Of a DNA stretch of 32,000 nucleotides, positions 27,619 through 32,000 are shown piece after piece. This DNA is from Synechococcus sp. A15-28 (lineage in GTDB: Bacteria; Cyanobacteriota; Cyanobacteriia; PCC-6307; Cyanobiaceae): the NCBI RefSeq assembly GCF_014280175.1, contig NZ_CP047931.1:1500001-1532000 (forward strand). Reading direction: 5' to 3'. Position 1 is the stretch's first letter. Every line of letters begins with the position of its first letter. A program made the position numbers and the translations under genes. Below the pieces are notes generated by a model, which saw nothing but the letters and a program-made list of their open reading frames with translations, was not told where the DNA came from and searched no databases.

Positions 27619-28308
27619 ATGATCCTAAAGAGATCAGCCTGCAGGTTCTTGCGCGATCAATCCACCGCTCCAGCCGTGAAGATCTGCGGTCTCACCGATC
27701 CTGAGCAGGCGCTGGCGATCGCCGCCATGGGGGTCGATGCCATCGGCGTGATCGGCGTGGCAGGAACCCCCAGATACGTCAAGGACACCCCTCGCCGGGG
27801 CCTGTTCAGCCAGCTTGCGCAGCATTGTCCTGAGGTCCATCGGGTGTGGGTGGTGGCCGACGCCTCGGAAGAGGAGCTCGATGCAGCGCTCCAGGGGGAC
27901 GGCACACCGACGGTGGTGCAGCTCCATGGCAAGGAAACCCCGGAGCAATGCCTGGCGTTGCGGCAACGCCACCCAAAAAAAAGCGTTTGGAAAGCCCTGC
28001 GCCTGCGCAGCCTGGAGGATCTGAAGTCTGTGGAGAACTATCTGGAGTCCGTTGATGCCCTGTTGCTGGATGCCTGGAGTCCGGATCAGCTGGGGGGCAC
28101 AGGCCACCGACTCCCCCTGGACTGGTTGGCGGAAACCCGGTTACCACTTCCTTGGTGGCTAGCTGGAGGCATCAGTGCCGAATGGATCCCCGAATTACTG
28201 GAGAAGGTCTCACCCGATGGCCTCGACGCTTCCAGTCGTCTTGAGGTCCGACCGGGTTGGAAGGACCTCAAGAAAGTGAGAGCTCTGCTTTCAGCTGTTC
28301 GCCCCTGA
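27619..28308 (+). CDS. trpF: phosphoribosylanthranilate isomerase
   Basis: VKICGLTDPEQA near the N-terminus, plus LGGTGHRLPLDW and WLAGGISAEWI. ATG 27619 is preferred over the GTG at 27589 used by the track. Confidence 0.8.
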   Translation: MILKRSACRFLRDQSTAPAVKICGLTDPEQALAIAAMGVDAIGVIGVAGTPRYVKDTPRRGLFSQLAQHCPEVHRVWVVADASEEELDAALQGDGTPTVVQLHGKETPEQCLALRQRHPKKSVWKALRLRSLEDLKSVENYLESVDALLLDAWSPDQLGGTGHRLPLDWLAETRLPLPWWLAGGISAEWIPELLEKVSPDGLDASSRLEVRPGWKDLKKVRALLSAVRP

Positions 28309-28311
28309 AGC

Positions 28312-29073
28312 TCAGGTGCTGAGCAAGGCGTCCTGTTGACGCACCAGTTCAAAGAACTCCTGCTTCAGGCTGGGGTCGTGACGGAAATCGCCCCGCACCA
28401 CGGAATTCACCATGCTGGTCTGGGGCTCCTTCACACCGCGCCACTTCATGCAGTAGTGCTGAGCCTTGATGATGATGCCGAGGCCCTGGGGTTCGCAGAG
28501 CTTCTCGATCTCGTCAGCCAGAATCATCACCGCCTCTTCCTGGATATGGGGCCGGGAGAACACCCAGTCCGCCACCCTTGTGAACTTGGACAACCCGATC
28601 ACACGGGCACCTGGCTTGATCCCGATCCAGCAGTTGCCCATGATTGGGACCAGATGGTGGGAGCAAGCCGATCGCACCGTGATCGGCCCGACGGTGTAGA
28701 TCTCATCCAGTTTCTTGACGTTGGGGAAACTGGCCACCTTCGGCTGATGGTGATAACGCCCCTTGAACACCTCATGGAGGTACATCCGAGACACACGCTC
28801 GGCGGTTTCGTGGGTGTTGTGATCGTTGTCGATGTCGATCACCAGGGTGCGCAGCAGATCGCGCACCTTGTCGGCCACCTCAACCTCGAGAGCTCTGAGC
28901 TCGCCAGGTTCAATGTGCTCGGCGATGTTGTCGTTGGCGAGGAACGACACCCCAGCGGCCTGAAGCCGCTCGCGAATTCGGGTCGACACCTCTGCACTGA
29001 GGCGGGGCTGGCCGTTGCCGTTGGAGATGCCATTGCTGGCGCCGTTGGACACGAAAGGGACGGTGGTGGTCAT
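28312..29073 (-). CDS. folE: GTP cyclohydrolase I
   Basis: 253 aa with RSACSHHLVPIMG (CxHH zinc motif) and AQHYCMKWRGV (HxCMxxRG motif). Confidence 0.85.
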   Translation of the reverse strand: MTTTVPFVSNGASNGISNGNGQPRLSAEVSTRIRERLQAAGVSFLANDNIAEHIEPGELRALEVEVADKVRDLLRTLVIDIDNDHNTHETAERVSRMYLHEVFKGRYHHQPKVASFPNVKKLDEIYTVGPITVRSACSHHLVPIMGNCWIGIKPGARVIGLSKFTRVADWVFSRPHIQEEAVMILADEIEKLCEPQGLGIIIKAQHYCMKWRGVKEPQTSMVNSVVRGDFRHDPSLKQEFFELVRQQDALLST

Positions 29074-29083
29074 GACTATTCGT

Positions 29084-29791
29084 TCAGAAGGCGCCGGCAG
29101 CCGGCATGAGGGTTAAGTCTTCGATCACCTGGTTCACGGGTTGTTCTGCCAGGTTCACCAAGGTCTCTGCCGCCTGGTCGACAGTGAGCATGGCACGACG
29201 ATCGAAATCGCTTTGTACGGTTTCCGCGTCCCAAAGGGGGGTGTTTACGGCACCGAGGGTAAGGGTGCAGGCACGGATTCCATGGGCTCGCTCCTCCTCC
29301 GCCAGGCAGCGGGTGAAGCTGGCCAGGGCCGCTTTGCTGACGCAGTACGCACCCCATTGCGGGAAGGCATTGCGCGCGGCATGGCTGTTGACATTGATCA
29401 CCAAACCTCCGGAAGGGCGCATGGCAGGAACAACCGCGGCACAAACCTGCATGACGCTGGTGACATTCAGCTGCATCAACCACTGCCAACGCTCCAGCGG
29501 TATGGCCAGCAGATCTCCGGTGTAGGCAGCTCCCGCGTTGTTGATCAACACAGCGGGAGCTGATCCCTGCTCCAGAAGTCCGGTCAGCTCGGGGTGGATG
29601 GCCTGGGGATCGGTGAGATCAACGGAGCGGACATCCACCCGCACACCCATCGGCCGCAATTCGGTGGCCAACTGCTCAAGCTGATCACCACGGCGGGCAA
29701 TCAGCTTGAGATCCCAACCCTTGCGGGCCAGCAGTTCAGCCGTTCGGCGGCCTATGCCACGACTTGCACCTGTGATCAGAGCCGTTGGCAA
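29084..29791 (-). CDS. short-chain dehydrogenase/reductase (classical SDR)
   Basis: 235 aa with TGASRGIG cofactor loop, NNAG, and catalytic YCVSK (YxxxK). Substrate unknown. Confidence 0.8.
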   Translation of the reverse strand: MPTALITGASRGIGRRTAELLARKGWDLKLIARRGDQLEQLATELRPMGVRVDVRSVDLTDPQAIHPELTGLLEQGSAPAVLINNAGAAYTGDLLAIPLERWQWLMQLNVTSVMQVCAAVVPAMRPSGGLVINVNSHAARNAFPQWGAYCVSKAALASFTRCLAEEERAHGIRACTLTLGAVNTPLWDAETVQSDFDRRAMLTVDQAAETLVNLAEQPVNQVIEDLTLMPAAGAF

Positions 29792-29815
29792 GTTCTGTTT
29801 GCAAACTGTGACACA

Positions 29816-30805
29816 TTAAGCGCTTTCGCCGGAATTCTGTGAATTTCCCTCAACAAATTGACCCATTGCACGGAATTTTCGATAACGGGCCTCCCTCAAA
29901 TCATGGTCCGAAAGCGCCAATAACGCGTTGAGATGCCGTTCCAGGGCTGCCCGCAGAGTCTGACCAGCCTCCAGAGGAGCCCAGTTGTTGCCACCGGACG
30001 GTTCCTCCAGAACCTCATCCACCACACCAAGCTCCAGCAGGTCGCCGCCGGTGATCCGAAGGGCCGCCGCCGCATCGGGGGCCTTGGCCGCATCACGCCA
30101 GAGGATTGATGCGCACGCTTCCGGACTGGCCACGGTGTAGACGCTGTGCTCGAACATCAGCAATCGGTCGGCCACTCCGATACCCAGGGCTCCACCGGAG
30201 CCGCCCTCGCCGATCACCGTGGCGATCACAGGGACCCGAAGCCGGAACATTTCGCGCAGATTCACAGCAATGGCTTCCCCTTGCCCCTGCTCTTCCGCCT
30301 GAAGCCCTGCGTAGGCCCCAGGGGTATCGATGAAGCTCAGGATCGGGAGCCGGAAGCGATCCGCATGTTCCATCAACCGCATGGCCTTGCGATACCCCCC
30401 AGGAGTGGCCATCCCGAAGTTGCGGGCGACGTTCTCCTTGGTGTCACGCCCTTTCTGATGGCCAATCAGCAGAACAGCCTGATCCCCAAGACGCCCGACT
30501 CCACCGACCAGGGCCTGATCATCGTTGCCCCGCCGATCACCATGCAATTCGATCCAGTCGTCGCAGAACATCTGGATGAAATCCAGGGTGCTGGGACGAT
30601 TCGGGTGGCGGGCCACCTGAATCTTCTGAGCCGGGGTCAGCCCCTGGAAGATCTCCTGACGACGGCGGGCGGCCAGGGACTCCAGCTGATGGAGCTGCTG
30701 ACTGACATCCACCTCGGAATCCCTGGCGAGCTGACGAATCTGTTCGATCTGCTGCTCCAGTTCAACCAGAGGCTTCTCGAATTCCAGTAGGGGACGGCGA
30801 GGCAT
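29816..30805 (-). CDS. accA: acetyl-CoA carboxylase carboxyltransferase subunit alpha
   Basis: 329 aa: ...[26 protein letters not shown]...[39 protein letters not shown]... Confidence 0.93.
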   Translation of the reverse strand: MPRRPLLEFEKPLVELEQQIEQIRQLARDSEVDVSQQLHQLESLAARRRQEIFQGLTPAQKIQVARHPNRPSTLDFIQMFCDDWIELHGDRRGNDDQALVGGVGRLGDQAVLLIGHQKGRDTKENVARNFGMATPGGYRKAMRLMEHADRFRLPILSFIDTPGAYAGLQAEEQGQGEAIAVNLREMFRLRVPVIATVIGEGGSGGALGIGVADRLLMFEHSVYTVASPEACASILWRDAAKAPDAAAALRITGGDLLELGVVDEVLEEPSGGNNWAPLEAGQTLRAALERHLNALLALSDHDLREARYRKFRAMGQFVEGNSQNSGESA

Positions 30806-30815
30806 GGCGATGGAA

Positions 30816-31856
30816 TCAGGCGGCAGCGGCCTGGGCAGAAGGGTTGAGGTTCAGCGTGGAAAAACCATGGCGCACCGAAGCAGCTCCGATGAAGTCCATT
30901 TTCTCGAGGGTGATGTTGTTTCTGCCCCAGCTGAAGTTCGTGTGACAGCGTTCGAATTCCAGCAGCATCGCCTCGGCGAAGCAGGCGAACATCTGTCGCT
31001 GGGGCTTCTCCATCTCGGCAATTTGCATCATGGTCCAGCCGATGTCCTTGCAGAACTCGACAATTCCGCCCTTGAGCACGTGAATGCCGCCACCGGCAAC
31101 CTTTGAGTCGAGGTTTTTCGGGTAACCCCCATCAATCATCAGACAGGGCTTGCGCAAGCTGTCCTGATCAATCTCCAGGGTGCGCGGCATGCTGGCGACC
31201 CACACCACCACGTCCGCCTCGGGCAATGCCTCATCAAGGCAGAGGATGCGACCACCGCCGATCTGGGCCTGAAGGTCCAGCAAGGGCTGTTGCTGACGGG
31301 CCACCAGCAGCAGTTCTCCGACACCGGTCCGCGCTGACAGCCAGCGGCAGACCGCACTGCCGATGTCGCCGGTGGCGCCCACCACGGCCACCTTGGCGGT
31401 TTTCAGATCGATGCCAAGGGTGGGTGCATTGTTCTCCACCTGACGGCAGATCACCCAGGCGGTGTGGGTGTTGCCGGTCGTGAAACGCTGCCACTCCAGG
31501 GTCGTGCTGCGCACCGTCTGGTGCTGCAGCAGGTTGAAATTCTCAAAAATGATCGAGGTGAAACCACCGAGGGCGGTGATATTGATCCCCTTCTTCTGTG
31601 CCAGCTCCATGGCATTGAGAACCTTCCGCCGAGCTGTTTTGAACCGACTCAGCATCTCCGGAACGAAGCAGGAATCGATGTAAGCACCCTTGATCGTGGT
31701 TCCTGTGGGGCTGGAGATCTCCACGTGTTCCACGAGCTGTGGCGGAGCACTGCACCACACATCGAGATCTCCATCCGCAATGTGATCGAAACCCAGTTCC
31801 ATCGCCTTGCGACGGGCTGCATCGAAGCTCGTTGAATGCCCGATCAGACCAAACAT
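30816..31856 (-). CDS. aar: long-chain acyl-[ACP] reductase (alkane pathway)
   Basis: 346 aa: [43 protein letters not shown]... Has Rossmann loop [12 protein letters not shown]. Sits in the conserved ado-aar-accA neighbourhood. Confidence 0.9.
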   Translation of the reverse strand: MFGLIGHSTSFDAARRKAMELGFDHIADGDLDVWCSAPPQLVEHVEISSPTGTTIKGAYIDSCFVPEMLSRFKTARRKVLNAMELAQKKGINITALGGFTSIIFENFNLLQHQTVRSTTLEWQRFTTGNTHTAWVICRQVENNAPTLGIDLKTAKVAVVGATGDIGSAVCRWLSARTGVGELLLVARQQQPLLDLQAQIGGGRILCLDEALPEADVVVWVASMPRTLEIDQDSLRKPCLMIDGGYPKNLDSKVAGGGIHVLKGGIVEFCKDIGWTMMQIAEMEKPQRQMFACFAEAMLLEFERCHTNFSWGRNNITLEKMDFIGAASVRHGFSTLNLNPSAQAAAA

Positions 31857-31963
31857 GCACCCGCTCTAAACACGCCGCTAAAGACGACCCGATCGCCCAT
31901 GCTCCCACGGCGACGTGGGAAGACGATCAAGGTCCTGTGAACAAACCGGCCAACGGTCTTGAC

Positions 31964-32000
31964 TCAGACCGAAAGGGCAGCAGCAGCCATCCGGGCAATG
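31964..32000 (-). CDS. ado: 3' end (last 11 codons plus stop) of a gene, probably aldehyde-deformylating oxygenase
   Basis: Minus-strand reading ...IARMAAAALSV* with stop at 31964-31966. The assignment rests mainly on the invariant ado-upstream-of-aar synteny in cyanobacteria. Too little sequence is present for motif evidence. Confidence 0.45.
   Translation of the reverse strand, partial: IARMAAAALSV

Noticed and set aside
27975-27982. A8 homopolymer inside trpF, and a G8 run at 2600-2607 inside the ClC gene. Both could be slippage-prone tracts.
   Set aside because: Both reading frames are intact and encode plausible sequence ([15 protein letters not shown]). A single tract in a housekeeping gene gives no evidence of phase variation.

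Overview
Core chromosomal region of a high-GC alpha-cyanobacterium (marine or estuarine Synechococcus/Cyanobium type). The assignment rests on Form IA RuBisCO and alpha-carboxysome genes occurring together with psaM, chlN/B/L, por and ado/aar. The window is gene-dense, with 36 protein-coding genes. I saw no rRNA, tRNA, CRISPR, IS element or prophage signals. Layout: (i) 90-3383 (+): hypothetical, cobQ, a mini 2Fe-2S ferredoxin and a ClC-type channel. (ii) 3298-16546 (-): a 13-gene same-strand CO2-fixation supercluster, csoS1-cbbL-cbbS-csoS2-csoSCA-csoS4A-csoS4B-csoS1E-ndhF4-ndhD4-chpX-acRAF(PCD-like)-cbbX. (iii) rdgB/HAM1 (+) converging on csoS1D (-). (iv) A small HTH-like hypothetical gene, then chlN-chlB-chlL (+) converging on por (-). 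(v) A small membrane protein, psaM (34 aa, absent from the ORF track), a hypothetical, a TauE/SafE permease, a lipoate-ligase-like gene, an M50 protease and trpF. (vi) folE-SDR-accA-aar plus the last codons of ado on (-). Honest assessment: I do not see a clear novel multi-gene system. Almost everything is recognisable core CCM, pigment, photosystem or lipid metabolism in a known alpha-cyanobacterial synteny. The items most worth a second look are: a red-type CbbX attached to a Form IA carboxysome locus; low-complexity Pro/Ala/Thr extensions on two shell proteins (CsoS1E and the vertex protein CsoS4A); hairpin+T5 modules flanking cbbS; an AT-rich palindrome cluster and an exact 15-nt direct repeat in the csoS1/rdgB divergent spacer; an uncharacterised HTH-like gene between csoS1D and chlN; and the fact that all six convergent gene junctions have a gap of 3 nt or less, or overlap. 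All family assignments come from motif recognition by eye. No database search was run.
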